From a virus: a stretch of 64,000 nt of DNA. The stretch spans positions 32,001 through 96,000 of IMG/VR virus record IMGVR_UViG_3300047160_007578; one strand, written 5' to 3'. Of this stretch, positions 1-10,331 are shown piece by piece. A program made the position numbers and the translations under genes. Below the pieces are notes generated by a model. It was not told where the DNA came from. It ran no database searches and saw only the letters and a list, made by a program, of their open reading frames with translations. Position 1 is the stretch's first letter; every line of letters starts with the position of its first letter.

Positions 1-825
1 GACGACCAATACGATATCATGATCGTGGAAGGTTCCGCGGGCACAGGCAAATCTCAGATCGCCCGCGAGTCGATTAAAAATCTTGACCCGAAAGATTACT
101 GCTTTCTGGAAGGTCGGATTTCCGCGGTCTGCCTGTACGAGAAATTGTACAAGCACCGCGATCAACCCATCTACATCGACGACGTTGACGGTCTATACGC
201 TGACCGTCAGTGCGTGAACCTGTTGAAGTGCGTCTGCCAGACCAACGCGGACAAGACCGTCATGTGGAACACGCGCGGCATCAAGAACATGCCCGCGGAT
301 TTCACAACACGTTCCAAAGTCTGCATCATCACCAACAACTGGCGAGCACTCAACAAACACGTCGGCGCAGTGGAAGATCGGGGTATCCTTATCCCGTTCC
401 ATCCAACGCCATACGCGGTGCATGATTACGTCGGCAACAATCTGATCGACTGCGATTGGTTCGACGATGAGATTTTCATCTTCATCGGCGAGTTGCTGCC
501 CGTGATCAATAATCCGTCCATTCGCCACTACCGGAACTGCAAGCAAATCAAGAACGCAGGCCGGAACTGGCGAGCGGTCATGGCGGAATCGTGCGGACTG
601 AACGAAACCGAAGCTCTCGTGCTCAAGCTCCTTGTCGGCGGCGTGGAAGGTCAGCGGGTCAGTTTCAACGAACTGGCTCACATCTTCGCGCAGATTGCCG
701 ACCGATCAACGCGGACGTTCTGGCGAATCAAGGCGGAATTCGCCAAGAAGGGACTCACGTGTGCAGGGGAAGCGGAAATCCCAGCAGATCAGGAAGATTC
801 GGTCAACGGTCAGATCGATCATTAA
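1..825 (+). CDS. P-loop (AAA+-like) ATPase, probably 5'-truncated by the window edge
   Basis: Walker A GSAGTGKS, Walker B-like IYIDD; the frame is open back to base 1; only convincing + strand gene. Confidence 0.75.
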   Translation, partial: DDQYDIMIVEGSAGTGKSQIARESIKNLDPKDYCFLEGRISAVCLYEKLYKHRDQPIYIDDVDGLYADRQCVNLLKCVCQTNADKTVMWNTRGIKNMPADFTTRSKVCIITNNWRALNKHVGAVEDRGILIPFHPTPYAVHDYVGNNLIDCDWFDDEIFIFIGELLPVINNPSIRHYRNCKQIKNAGRNWRAVMAESCGLNETEALVLKLLVGGVEGQRVSFNELAHIFAQIADRSTRTFWRIKAEFAKKGLTCAGEAEIPADQEDSVNGQIDH

Positions 826-878
826 TCAACACCGGAATCCTCCGGTTCTCACTCGCTGTTCTTTTTCGATAAAATTCC

Positions 879-907
879 TTGACTCAAGCGGAGTTTCGGC
901 GTAAAAT
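879..907 (+). promoter_or_regulatory. sigma70-type promoter candidate
   Basis: TTGACT-17 bp-TAAAAT, preceded by AAAATTCC as in the minus-strand promoter cassettes. Confidence 0.5.
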
Positions 908-1282
908 GATTAATGATCAGAAACAGCGAAACGGGGTTCACGGCACACTCCGTTCGCAAGCCGAATTAATCAAATCATTCCCGCAAAGTCTGAAAATGGC
1001 GGTTTTTGTCATAAGGATTTTTCCTTATGACAAAAGTGGGCCATTTTCGACGCGCAAACGGCAGCGCTGGCCAGCGCTGCCGGTGTGGGAAGGGCGAACA
1101 CTGAACAAAGATTCAGTTTTTGTTCGGTGCAAATGGGATTCACGCCACATTGCGCGCGGCGCTATGATTATTAATCGGGGCGGCCATTGCATAGAGCGCT
1201 GGCGAATGGAACAGGAAATCGAAATTCATAATTCAGTTTCACAATCGGCCCGACCCTGGAGGGTCAATTGATCAATGATCTT

Positions 1283-1570
1283 TCAACGGTCGTCAGAAGT
1301 TATCTCCACCGCTCGGATATCTTTTGCGACCGAGCAAAGAACATTGTGCAGATTGGTCAACGGCACCACGATGCCCTTGGTCGCATTGAACATGCTGGCG
1401 ACATTCGATCCCTGTCCCGGCAGTGCGACCAGAATATCTCCCATATCGCAGCCGACCGGAATCTCACCCGGTTTCGCGCAGACTTTCTCGACGCGGAGCG
1501 GCACCAACATCGGACAATTGTGAGCAGGGATCGCTTCCTTCACTGGCTGACGAACGATTTTAATAGACAT
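1283..1570 (-). CDS. hypothetical protein
   Basis: ORF with AGGAG Shine-Dalgarno upstream. Confidence 0.6.
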   Translation of the reverse strand: MSIKIVRQPVKEAIPAHNCPMLVPLRVEKVCAKPGEIPVGCDMGDILVALPGQGSNVASMFNATKGIVVPLTNLHNVLCSVAKDIRAVEITSDDR

Positions 1571-1599
1571 TGCGAGACTCCTTTTCCTGAGGGTGATGA

Positions 1600-1854
1600 T
1601 TAATAATCATTTACTTTTGGCTCGCTGAAAATCAGACTCCCCATTATCGACGCAACCAACATCAAACCGGTAGAAACTGCACCGAAATTGCGAACCAAAT
1701 CAAAAGCAACCAGAAATCGTGATACGTAAATGTAACCACCCATACCAACTTCATCAGCCCACTGTGTCTTGAGAACATCCAAGACACAAATCAAAAGACA
1801 CAGCAAGAGCGATACCGCTCCCCAACCAAGTAGAATAACCTTCGCTGCCTTCAT
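1600..1854 (-). CDS. small membrane protein
   Basis: two hydrophobic segments; AGGAG RBS. Confidence 0.65.
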   Translation of the reverse strand: MKAAKVILLGWGAVSLLLCLLICVLDVLKTQWADEVGMGGYIYVSRFLVAFDLVRNFGAVSTGLMLVASIMGSLIFSEPKVNDY

Positions 1855-1899
1855 GCCGAAAACTCCTGATCAATGATCAATTCCAATTTCCAACGCTCT

Positions 1900-2724
1900 T
1901 CAATCTCGGCCCTCTATCTTGACGTAATCATCAGAATCAACCAATTGATAGCCGAGATTCTTGGCAAAATCATGCAGCGACTCAAGAGCCGCCTTCAAGA
2001 ACAATGGATCGTTACCAGCAACACGTACTCTCACTTTCCTTTCCTTACGCTTGGCGAATAGCAACGACGCTTTCAAGCCAATCAACACGCAGTAATCGCG
2101 CTCGAGACCAATCGTTATCGTTCCTTTGATTTTGAAGTGCCAACCAATATCGAACCAGAAAGCTTTCTCGCACGTATCCGAATCGACTCGTAGATAAAGG
2201 TAATTGATTATTGATCGGCTTCCAGCGGCAATAACTTCTTCATCAATTGATCGGTGATTGATTTTCACCACCTTCTCAGTTTCAAAAACCTCTTCTTCAA
2301 CTTCTTCCCTATCTCTTATCGCCTCAATCTTTGGCTTATTGTCAACACCTTCATTTGTGAGCCGATCATCAAATCTTGCACTTGCCAGTTTCCGCAACGC
2401 TTCAAGATCGCCCTCGAAAGGTTCATCGCCCCGCGGGTCAATTATCTTATGTCGATATTTCCTCATGATCGTAGTCAACTTATTCAACAAGTATTGATCC
2501 CACTCTTCTTTCGCCCCGACAATTGTCACTTTATAAACGCCGCGACTACCTTTCCAAATGAATCGCATCAAACCATGAAAACAACGAACGTCAAAAGACT
2601 CTATTCCAAGCTTCACAATATTAATTCGCCAACGACCACCTTGCGACCAGCTACGAAATTGTGACCGAAACAGTTCTTTCATATCATCAACACGCTCAAA
2701 AGGTTCCACTAATTTCAACAACAC
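1900..2724 (-). CDS. hypothetical protein
   Basis: 274-aa ORF, AGGAGG RBS. Confidence 0.7.
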   Translation of the reverse strand: MLLKLVEPFERVDDMKELFRSQFRSWSQGGRWRINIVKLGIESFDVRCFHGLMRFIWKGSRGVYKVTIVGAKEEWDQYLLNKLTTIMRKYRHKIIDPRGDEPFEGDLEALRKLASARFDDRLTNEGVDNKPKIEAIRDREEVEEEVFETEKVVKINHRSIDEEVIAAGSRSIINYLYLRVDSDTCEKAFWFDIGWHFKIKGTITIGLERDYCVLIGLKASLLFAKRKERKVRVRVAGNDPLFLKAALESLHDFAKNLGYQLVDSDDYVKIEGRD

Positions 2725-2873
2725 GCGAAAACCTCCTTTTCTAGATGATTATTAATCAGTTTCCAAAATCATTTTGCGCACAAATCTGCGACAGAATAAA
2801 TTTAGAGCGACTAAAGGAATTCCCTAATTATACGTTAAGTGCCATTTACGCACCTGGCTCGCGCCTTTACTAT

Positions 2874-2911
<38 letters not shown>

Positions 2912-3129
2912 TAAATAAAACAGTATACGTAGCTCTTGACATTTGTACAGTATCACCCTGGCCGTGCCGTGCTCCTTGCCGACCGCGCCGGTTGCCTCTG
3001 TTACGTTTGTTTACGTTTGTTTATACGTTATCTTGTCATCAAGCTATAATCGTCTCTTGACATAGGACGATTTCCCTAGTATGGCCAAAATGGACTAGGA
3101 TAATTGTGTCACAAATTTGTGCCGGATCA

Positions 3130-3534
3130 TTAATCACGATAGCCACGATTTTCAGGAGCTAAATCATCTATTCTTTTTAAGTAAGGTCTTTTCAATTTTG
3201 CTTTTGAACATTTATAACACATCAATTCTCCCTCATTTTCTGTGTTGAATTTTAGTATAATTAATTGACTATTTTCCTCACTGCTACCATCTTCGCCTCT
3301 GAACCAAATTAAAAATCTTTTACATTTTGGACAACAGAAACCTGTCCTATTAGAGAGATCATTAATCAGCCACTCCAACTCTTCCTCAGTTATTTCATGC
3401 CCTGCACGTTTCGCGGTAATGATCATCTGTGATATTTTCCGATGCGGTATACATCTCTTATTTTTTGGGCCCAATCCCGCCCGCTCCAGATGACACAGAT
3501 CACATCGCTCGTGTTCAAACTCTTCAAAGACCAT
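3130..3534 (-). CDS. Cys-rich hypothetical protein
   Basis: CxxC pairs; tiles with neighbours. Confidence 0.65.
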   Translation of the reverse strand: MVFEEFEHERCDLCHLERAGLGPKNKRCIPHRKISQMIITAKRAGHEITEEELEWLINDLSNRTGFCCPKCKRFLIWFRGEDGSSEENSQLIILKFNTENEGELMCYKCSKAKLKRPYLKRIDDLAPENRGYRD

Positions 3535-3766
3535 ATTCTTTCACTGAGTACTTTCCTACTTTGATCTCTTCCAGAATCTCTTCCATGCGTTTCCTGTGAA
3601 TCGCCCGATGTTCTTCGGTCGCGGCCTGATCAATATCTATCTTGATCTGCCGCAGGTCACGTTCCAGTTCCAGGCGTCGCACTTCTCGCGTATGCTCAGG
3701 GCTACCGAGCACCCACTGTTTTTCTTCAGCCAAGCCACACCTTCCCTTTCGGCCAGTAGAAATCAC
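3524..3766 (-). CDS. hypothetical protein
   Basis: tiles minus-strand operon; start uncertain. Confidence 0.55.
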   Translation of the reverse strand: MISTGRKGRCGLAEEKQWVLGSPEHTREVRRLELERDLRQIKIDIDQAATEEHRAIHRKRMEEILEEIKVGKYSVKEYGL

Positions 3767-4151
3767 TTATGCCAGAATCTTCTTCCCATCCCCACCTTCT
3801 AAGTGCATCCGCTAATATCTCATTTCCTACGCCTTCCACCACGATCATTCCCAATTCGCTTTTATGTAAATTTGGGTCCAAATGATTCCTAATCAATTCG
3901 TTAATGAAACTCTTGAAATGCCCCTTATTTTGTTCCGTTTCCGGATCAACTGTGACGGATTCAATCACCAGCGAATATGTTGTCGGACCCGGAGCCGAGG
4001 CCGCGGTAGGGTAAGACTTGCGTCGGTTGCTATCTAGGACATAGCACATCCGATACATCACATGCAAATACCTTTTCTCGTCCCGATATATTTGCGATTC
4101 CATTCCCATGCAAGGGAAGTCCTGTCCCTCCCGGTTCACCAGTTTAAGCAA
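3726..4151 (-). CDS. hypothetical protein
   Basis: tiles minus-strand operon; GGAGG RBS. Confidence 0.65.
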   Translation of the reverse strand: MLKLVNREGQDFPCMGMESQIYRDEKRYLHVMYRMCYVLDSNRRKSYPTAASAPGPTTYSLVIESVTVDPETEQNKGHFKSFINELIRNHLDPNLHKSELGMIVVEGVGNEILADALRRWGWEEDSGISDFYWPKGKVWLG

Positions 4152-4152
4152 A

Positions 4153-4605
4153 TTATCCCTCCTCCGATGGGCCCATCCAAGGCTCTGGCTTTTTCATTTT
4201 CCCATATTGAAACTGACAAAAAGCCTGGAACCGATGGAAACCGATATCAACATCGCCAATATCCTTTTCAGGCTCCAGTTGATTAATAATCGCGACTTCC
4301 AATTTGGCTATTAAGAGCCCACCATTGAGAACGTGATCTTGCATCGACGGCTCAAGCTTATCGAATTCCTCCCGTTTCGGACGATAGTGCCCGTATGTCA
4401 CTTCTACTTTCCCCGTTATTTGTAGCTTGTAACAGTCCGAAGCACACTCGACCATGCCCCGGTCTTTGCTCTGCCCCGGCATTTCAAAGAAATGCAGAAA
4501 CGGAGTCGTACCGTGTGCCAGATTGATCGTAAAAACAGGCTGATACCGTACCCGATCAGTCCGATGGTACGGCACGTACCGATTGATCGCGCCACGCTTT
4601 TCCAT
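4153..4605 (-). CDS. hypothetical protein
   Basis: stop/start coupling with upstream ORF. Confidence 0.65.
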   Translation of the reverse strand: MEKRGAINRYVPYHRTDRVRYQPVFTINLAHGTTPFLHFFEMPGQSKDRGMVECASDCYKLQITGKVEVTYGHYRPKREEFDKLEPSMQDHVLNGGLLIAKLEVAIINQLEPEKDIGDVDIGFHRFQAFCQFQYGKMKKPEPWMGPSEEG

Positions 4606-5075
4606 TAAACTCTTCCTTTCCTGAGCAGTTCCGCTATCTCTTCAAAATCGTAGACCTTGAACGGTACTTCGATATTTTGGTACACTATCAACGAATCACC
4701 GCAAATCATGTGATACATCTGATCAAAATTAGATCGCCTCAGTACCATCCCGGAATTATCAAGTAACACGCACTGATCGACCCTTATCGCTTTGACGACA
4801 TGCAATGGGCACGTCTTGATACAAGCTGATCCGCGACCGGTTTCGCTATTAACAATCCCAATCGAATCAATCGGCGGTGCCTGTATCGTATAACCGCTAA
4901 GGCTATCCCGAAATAACATCCGATACGGAACATGATTATTAATCACATCCACTATTTCTTTCTGAACGGGTTCGTGATACAGCCTTGCGTAGAAAGGCCA
5001 CAACGCCACCGAGCCGAGCAGCGATCCCAGAAATCCCCTTCGATCTATCTCCAATTTCCTTTCCTCCCAGCACAA
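4605..5075 (-). CDS. hypothetical protein with twin-arginine-like N-terminus
   Basis: DRRGFLGSLLG followed by a hydrophobic stretch. Confidence 0.6.
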   Translation of the reverse strand: MCWEERKLEIDRRGFLGSLLGSVALWPFYARLYHEPVQKEIVDVINNHVPYRMLFRDSLSGYTIQAPPIDSIGIVNSETGRGSACIKTCPLHVVKAIRVDQCVLLDNSGMVLRRSNFDQMYHMICGDSLIVYQNIEVPFKVYDFEEIAELLRKGRV

Positions 5076-5230
5076 GCCGTCCGTTGATTATTTTCGCCCA
5101 CTCTACCCGGTAATCTTCCTTGCCTGCGAACACCACATCGCAATCGCAGTTATCAGCATCAGTCGTAACAAAACGATCAACCAATTCTCGCAGATTGTGC
5201 ACCTTCATTTGACCCTCCTGTGATTTTTAA

Positions 5231-5761
5231 TCAGTATGCCCTCACTTCCCACCAGACAGTTTTCCTATTTGGTAACACACCAACATTTGTCTGGTACGTA
5301 GAGAACTCTATCACCCACGCATCCCTATACATTTCCAGTAACAACATCAAATCCTCCCAATCATTACCTTCCATGTGTACTTTCAACAGCGACCACGCCA
5401 GTAGTCCAGTAGCACATATCCCATTTGGATAGGTAACAGCTTCCCGGTGCCTCAATCCAGCTTCGGTACTATAAGTCAATTTCAATTCGGTATCAGTCAA
5501 GTAAATATTCCCCTGTATCGTTAACAAATCATCAGGCATCGATTCATTGAAATGACACCTGTCGCAATCTGCCCAAACAATATCCTTTACGTGTACACCA
5601 TACCTAGCCTTACCACCGATATCTAACGGTCTTAGTGTAACATATCCACTATAATCAGAGTCCCTCAATTCCTTCCAGTTTGCCCAAATCCTGGGCCTAT
5701 TACCAAACTCCCCCTTATCAAAACGCTCAACAAACTCTCGTTTGCTTCGCGGAGCGGCCAA
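5231..5761 (-). CDS. hypothetical phage protein
   Basis: 176-aa ORF in the operon. Confidence 0.7.
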   Translation of the reverse strand: MAAPRSKREFVERFDKGEFGNRPRIWANWKELRDSDYSGYVTLRPLDIGGKARYGVHVKDIVWADCDRCHFNESMPDDLLTIQGNIYLTDTELKLTYSTEAGLRHREAVTYPNGICATGLLAWSLLKVHMEGNDWEDLMLLLEMYRDAWVIEFSTYQTNVGVLPNRKTVWWEVRAY

Positions 5762-6058
5762 TCATCCACCTTCACTTTCGCGTTTATTGTCCAGTTCCAC
5801 CAGACACACTTCCAGAGTAGACGTGAACATCAGCTTCATCAACTCCAGCGACGGTTTCGCGTCATCAGATATCTTGGCCAGGTCCAATTTCTCCCGTATA
5901 TCTAACATCATCTGCGTAATCAGAGCCTTTACTTTCTCAATGTCTTTCCCGTGAATCAACAGAGCCGTCGTCGTTATCAACTCGTTCTGCAATTGCATTT
6001 GCTGTCTATTGAAATTCTCAGGCGTCAGGTTCAGGTCCGGCGAATCGAATCCAGGCAT
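5762..6058 (-). CDS. hypothetical protein
   Basis: GGAGG RBS; helical. Confidence 0.65.
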   Translation of the reverse strand: MPGFDSPDLNLTPENFNRQQMQLQNELITTTALLIHGKDIEKVKALITQMMLDIREKLDLAKISDDAKPSLELMKLMFTSTLEVCLVELDNKRESEGG

Positions 6059-6090
6059 ACATTCCTCCGTTTGTGATTATAAATCATTTC

Positions 6091-6981
6091 CTATAGCCAA
6101 CCCCACTCATCCCCTCTAAGTCTGCTCCAATCAAAGTCGCCAACTTCAATCACTTCCCCTAATTGTTTCTCTACCATCAGAGCACAATATTGTTTGCTTA
6201 TCTCCACTCCAAAAACGTATCTCTGTTCACCACCAGGACCGAGCCCCAGCTTATTAGCCCGTAAAGAACTCCCTGATCCCGCAAAAAGATCAACGAAACA
6301 TTCCCCAGGAAACGTAGAAAACAGAATGATCCTTTCCATCAACTTGATCGGATGCTGCGTAGGAATCTCCGGAACTCTTTCCCAGGAATTACCCACAATC
6401 CGCGGAAACGCCCAAACATTGGCTGGAACCCTTGGACCAGCGGCTCTACCGTCCCCTAAAAGCATCCGCCCTGATACCTCTCTTATAGAATCAACATTCA
6501 ATCTACCCAATCTATTATCCGAGTATGTTCCCGGCCGCTTCCCACCGTCTCGGGGCTTATTCCCGGTCCACCGAAACCGCAAAATTGGCCGATACCCGCT
6601 GGTGCAATCGCTGTCGTTGTACTGACCGAAAGTATAATTCCAAATGAACTTATCAACTTCAACCGTCGGAAAGATTGCACCGTATTTCTTTCCTTCGTAC
6701 CCCTCCACTTTCCGACCTTTAATCAATTCCAGAACAAGACTGCAAATCTCTAGGTCATGTATCTGATTGTAAGACAACCAAAAGATTTCACATCGACTGA
6801 CAGCTTCGATTATCAACAGTTTCAACCAGAGATAGTATGTCTCAGGGTCCAATCTATCTCGATAAATATTTTCTTCACCGTAATCAAAACCAATATTATC
6901 AGGCACGTCTGCAAACATAGCCTTGACTTTCCCTGGCGGAGTCTTCCGTAGGAATTCAAGGCAGTCTCCGTGAATGATCAA
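6091..6981 (-). CDS. beta-class (N4-C/N6-A) DNA methyltransferase-like protein
   Basis: IIHGDC start, PTQHP, SAM-binding DLFAGSGS, GVEIS; motif IV reads DVPD instead of DPPY. Confidence 0.8.
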   Translation of the reverse strand: MIIHGDCLEFLRKTPPGKVKAMFADVPDNIGFDYGEENIYRDRLDPETYYLWLKLLIIEAVSRCEIFWLSYNQIHDLEICSLVLELIKGRKVEGYEGKKYGAIFPTVEVDKFIWNYTFGQYNDSDCTSGYRPILRFRWTGNKPRDGGKRPGTYSDNRLGRLNVDSIREVSGRMLLGDGRAAGPRVPANVWAFPRIVGNSWERVPEIPTQHPIKLMERIILFSTFPGECFVDLFAGSGSSLRANKLGLGPGGEQRYVFGVEISKQYCALMVEKQLGEVIEVGDFDWSRLRGDEWGWL

Positions 6982-7003
6982 TAATCATTCCTCCTTTCTC
7001 TGA

Positions 7004-7192
7004 CTAGTCCAGGTGTATCGCATCACCGGAATGACCGTTGGGGCATTGAATCTCCCAGCCACGGGGCTTATCGGTACCAGGTTCCTTTACCAGCGCCATG
7101 CTACCACCATCAGCGTTTACTTTCATCGCTATTTGTTCACAGGAATCAAAGTCCCCACTATCATATTTACAGATATCACATTTGACAAACAT
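7004..7192 (-). CDS. small Zn-ribbon protein
   Basis: CDIC...CPNGH; AGGAG RBS. Confidence 0.6.
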   Translation of the reverse strand: MFVKCDICKYDSGDFDSCEQIAMKVNADGGSMALVKEPGTDKPRGWEIQCPNGHSGDAIHLD

Positions 7193-7215
7193 ACCACTCT
7201 CCTTTCAGAATTCGC

Positions 7216-7518
7216 TTACTTAACCAGAATCCGTTGTCCTTCGGGCCGTTTGGGCGGTTCAGTTTTCATCTGCGATTCTTCTGACGGAGCCTCTGGAATG
7301 AACGCTCCAGTGGGCGTAGTCTTTTCGATTTCGTTCTCCGCCCTAGGATCAACCACTTGCGGGTTCTCCCAGCCGCTGTTGTGTGCTCCGAAACACCCGA
7401 TGGAGCAGTAACTATCTGATCCTGTCTGCCCCTTGTAGTACAGAGTCGATCCGTTGATCGCGGAACCGCAAACAATGCAATTCCGGTTTTCTTCAGCCAT
7501 TGGTTTCTCGTTTGCCAT
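7216..7518 (-). CDS. treble-clef (FCS/TRASH-like) Zn-finger protein
   Basis: CIVC...YCSIGC; same pattern as the 45.5-47.8 kb cluster. Confidence 0.65.
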   Translation of the reverse strand: MANEKPMAEENRNCIVCGSAINGSTLYYKGQTGSDSYCSIGCFGAHNSGWENPQVVDPRAENEIEKTTPTGAFIPEAPSEESQMKTEPPKRPEGQRILVK

Positions 7519-7801
7519 GGCCCAAATCCTCCACTGTCATGATCATGCCCTCGATCATATCCACGAATATCTGTAGTGGTACCTTTATCCCCTTAGTCTT
7601 TCCTTTTCTATTCGTTATCGAAACCCAAATGTTATCAGCGTCAGTACGACTCTCCAGAATCACTGCAGAACCATCATCAAAAATCAAATCCAACGCCTTC
7701 GCTTGTATCTCAGCTTCTATTATGCGGCGTCCGTAATTTTTGATTTTTAATCCGTTTCCTTTCCTAGCCATCAAATACTCCTTTCGATCAGTACATGTCA
7801 T
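7493..7801 (-). CDS. hypothetical protein
   Basis: tiles operon. Confidence 0.6.
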   Translation of the reverse strand: MTCTDRKEYLMARKGNGLKIKNYGRRIIEAEIQAKALDLIFDDGSAVILESRTDADNIWVSITNRKGKTKGIKVPLQIFVDMIEGMIMTVEDLGHGKRETNG

Positions 7802-7944
7802 CCGGTAAATTCCTGGCCTGAAACTCTTGATTAATAATCAAAATCATTTCCTTACCCAGCGGCGTATTGTCCCCGATTATCCTACGCACTTCAGTTAATT
7901 GTTCCACAGGTATCAATCGGACAATCCTTTCTAGTGCGGCGACC

Positions 7945-8346
7945 CTAACCCTCAGTTCGTTGTATTTCATCTTTCCCTCGGGATTGGATACAAGGCATAC
8001 ACCAGAACTGTTCACCTATTGTCCCCATATTCACAATCTCATACCCTTTCGCCAAATCATTCTTCTTGCAATTTTCACAGATATCGATACCCTTGAACCA
8101 GCGAGCTTCCGATATAGGATCATGTTGTATTTTGACTCGTACTTCTATCTCCCTAGGTCTCTCAAACAACATCTTGAACCAGTCCCAGAAATTCCAACCC
8201 ACTGTAACCGTAGTCGTAATGAACGGGTCTTCTATTGCTTCGACCTTATTAAGTTTCCCATTTATTTCCGTTCGTAGAAACAAATGGCGTTTCATGTCTC
8301 TGACCAGTTTCTTGGCCATCCAGCCCTCCTTTTGATTAAAAATCAT
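7945..8346 (-). CDS. hypothetical protein
   Basis: tiles operon; C-terminal CxxC pairs. Confidence 0.6.
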   Translation of the reverse strand: MIFNQKEGWMAKKLVRDMKRHLFLRTEINGKLNKVEAIEDPFITTTVTVGWNFWDWFKMLFERPREIEVRVKIQHDPISEARWFKGIDICENCKKNDLAKGYEIVNMGTIGEQFWCMPCIQSRGKDEIQRTEG

Positions 8347-8638
8347 AGAAAAATATCACTTTGTCCAACAGCAGCATTACCTCATCAAACGTATGATGAT
8401 CATTGAATGAACTGATATTATCAACATAAGGTGCAAACGCGCCCAGAATCTCATCAGGTAGCCAACCGTTTGGCCGAATATTTAGAACTTTCCTTATCGC
8501 TCCCCCTAGACACCAACAAATAGCCTCAGGACTTGTAGGCTCACAAGGCTCCTTCCTATTATTGAAAGCGTATCCATTCTTCGTCCAGCAACTTTGATCC
8601 TTATAGAGTGCCCTTACCGCGATCAGAGTTTCAATCAT
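8336..8638 (-). CDS. DUF6197-like phage protein
   Basis: WTK...CWCLGGAI...FND pattern recognised by eye. Confidence 0.55.
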   Translation of the reverse strand: MIETLIAVRALYKDQSCWTKNGYAFNNRKEPCEPTSPEAICWCLGGAIRKVLNIRPNGWLPDEILGAFAPYVDNISSFNDHHTFDEVMLLLDKVIFFYDF

Positions 8639-8656
8639 TAATCATTCCTTTCTTTA

Positions 8657-9160
8657 TTATCCGATCCTAAGCATATTATTTTCAACCTTCGGAACAAATT
8701 GGAAAACATCAGGGCTGAAATGTCGCATTCCCCTGTACTTACAGAATTCGATCGCGGCATAGATCATCGTATTATTAGGGTCTCCTCTCCAAACATCGAT
8801 CAGAATGGAACTGAAATTGAAAATCTTCAGAGTATTTTCTGCGATATGATCAAATTCTTGTGGACCCCAATTCTGATATCGCCCCACTATTTCTGTGATA
8901 TCGATTCGCCAACATTCCAGGCTATGCAAGTGACCAATAATCGTATCCTTCTTTACCACATACGCTGTATAAAGCCATTTATCGTTGTTCAAATCAGAAG
9001 ACCGGAATATCAAACCCCTAGGGAACACCAATCTTGGTTGTCCCTTCTTCTCACACTCGACAGCCTTCGTCTGCGAGTTGTATGCCTCCTCACAAATCTC
9101 GCAACGAAACTGGTGATGCGTCATCACCATCAGACACACTTCCTTCCGATTAAAAATCAT
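8657..9160 (-). CDS. hypothetical protein
   Basis: N-terminal CEIC...CE. Confidence 0.6.
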   Translation of the reverse strand: MIFNRKEVCLMVMTHHQFRCEICEEAYNSQTKAVECEKKGQPRLVFPRGLIFRSSDLNNDKWLYTAYVVKKDTIIGHLHSLECWRIDITEIVGRYQNWGPQEFDHIAENTLKIFNFSSILIDVWRGDPNNTMIYAAIEFCKYRGMRHFSPDVFQFVPKVENNMLRIG

Positions 9161-9268
9161 TTCAATGTAACAGTTTCAAAAATAACACACAACCCATTAA
9201 AAGAACAATAATCAAAATCGCCCTGATTATATCAAACAGTCTCCAAATAAACCGTCTTGTTCTATCGT

Positions 9269-9706
9269 TCACTCGTTTTCCCCGTTAGAATACTTCGGAT
9301 CATCCGGATCGTCACCATTCCCATTATCAGTTTCCGGAACGACCAGATAAGATTCTTCGCACAGATTGCATAGAACAAAGAATCCCGGCAGCGATCGAAC
9401 GCCCTGACTCTCAGGCAAGCCAAACCAGGTGGCTTGTAAAAGCCCCGCAAATTCTACTCCATCCTTATCAGCCAGCGCCTTATCAAAAGCCGCAACTGGA
9501 TCACCAACCCCGGATTCTTTCCGAATATCATCCCGTATCTTGTCGCAGATATCTTCAGTGGTAGGAGCAGTGATCGCGAACTCACCATCAGTCCGCTTTT
9601 GACCGGCCCCGCGACTTTGAGGATGCCAGTCTGCTACCAGTTTCCTTAGTGCATCCTTATTCTTTTCAGCAACCTGCCAGTATTGCTCTTCCGTTTTTGG
9701 GACCAT
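9269..9706 (-). CDS. hypothetical protein
   Basis: AAAGGAG RBS. Confidence 0.7.
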   Translation of the reverse strand: MVPKTEEQYWQVAEKNKDALRKLVADWHPQSRGAGQKRTDGEFAITAPTTEDICDKIRDDIRKESGVGDPVAAFDKALADKDGVEFAGLLQATWFGLPESQGVRSLPGFFVLCNLCEESYLVVPETDNGNGDDPDDPKYSNGENE

Positions 9707-9767
9707 CAGGCACTCCTTTCACTTAGATTGGTTACGTCCTGATCATTAATCAATAGCCTTAAATCAT

Positions 9768-10331
9768 TCACATCCCCAAACGATGCTTGTACCTTTTATC
9801 AGTCTTTTTATCACTTCGGATACCAGCTTCTACTACTCGCACGTTCGCTACCATTTGCGCCATTTCTTGCTCGTTGCAAACCTCAATCAATCCACTTGAT
9901 CTTCCAGCCGATTCTTCTATCTTGCCCCTCTCCGAATCGTATCCCTCTTTCATCACTCTCTCAATTTCAGACTTTATCGCGACCAGAGCTTTCTCTTTAG
10001 ATTCCACGTTATCTTCACAAAGAAGAAAGCCCTGCAATATTCCACCGAGATTAATCAACTCCAATGCCTCAGTCATCGTCAGGCCCAACCTACCATATGG
10101 ACCAATACCACCCTGAACATTACCCCACATAGAAACAACTGTCGAGCCACCGTTAACGCAAACTAGCTCCGCCAATCGTTCCAGTAATTTCACCTTGTAT
10201 TTACAGAGCAAACCGTCAGAACTGCTTTTCGTAATAACTCCTTCTTCTTGGAGCCACGTCAGCACGCTTTTCATTTCTTTTCCCTGGTCGCCATGAGTTT
10301 GAGATGCTTCTCGAATTTGGTCGCCAACCAA
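9768..10331 (-). CDS. hypothetical protein
   Basis: tiles operon; start probably internal. Confidence 0.6.
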   Translation of the reverse strand: MVGDQIREASQTHGDQGKEMKSVLTWLQEEGVITKSSSDGLLCKYKVKLLERLAELVCVNGGSTVVSMWGNVQGGIGPYGRLGLTMTEALELINLGGILQGFLLCEDNVESKEKALVAIKSEIERVMKEGYDSERGKIEESAGRSSGLIEVCNEQEMAQMVANVRVVEAGIRSDKKTDKRYKHRLGM

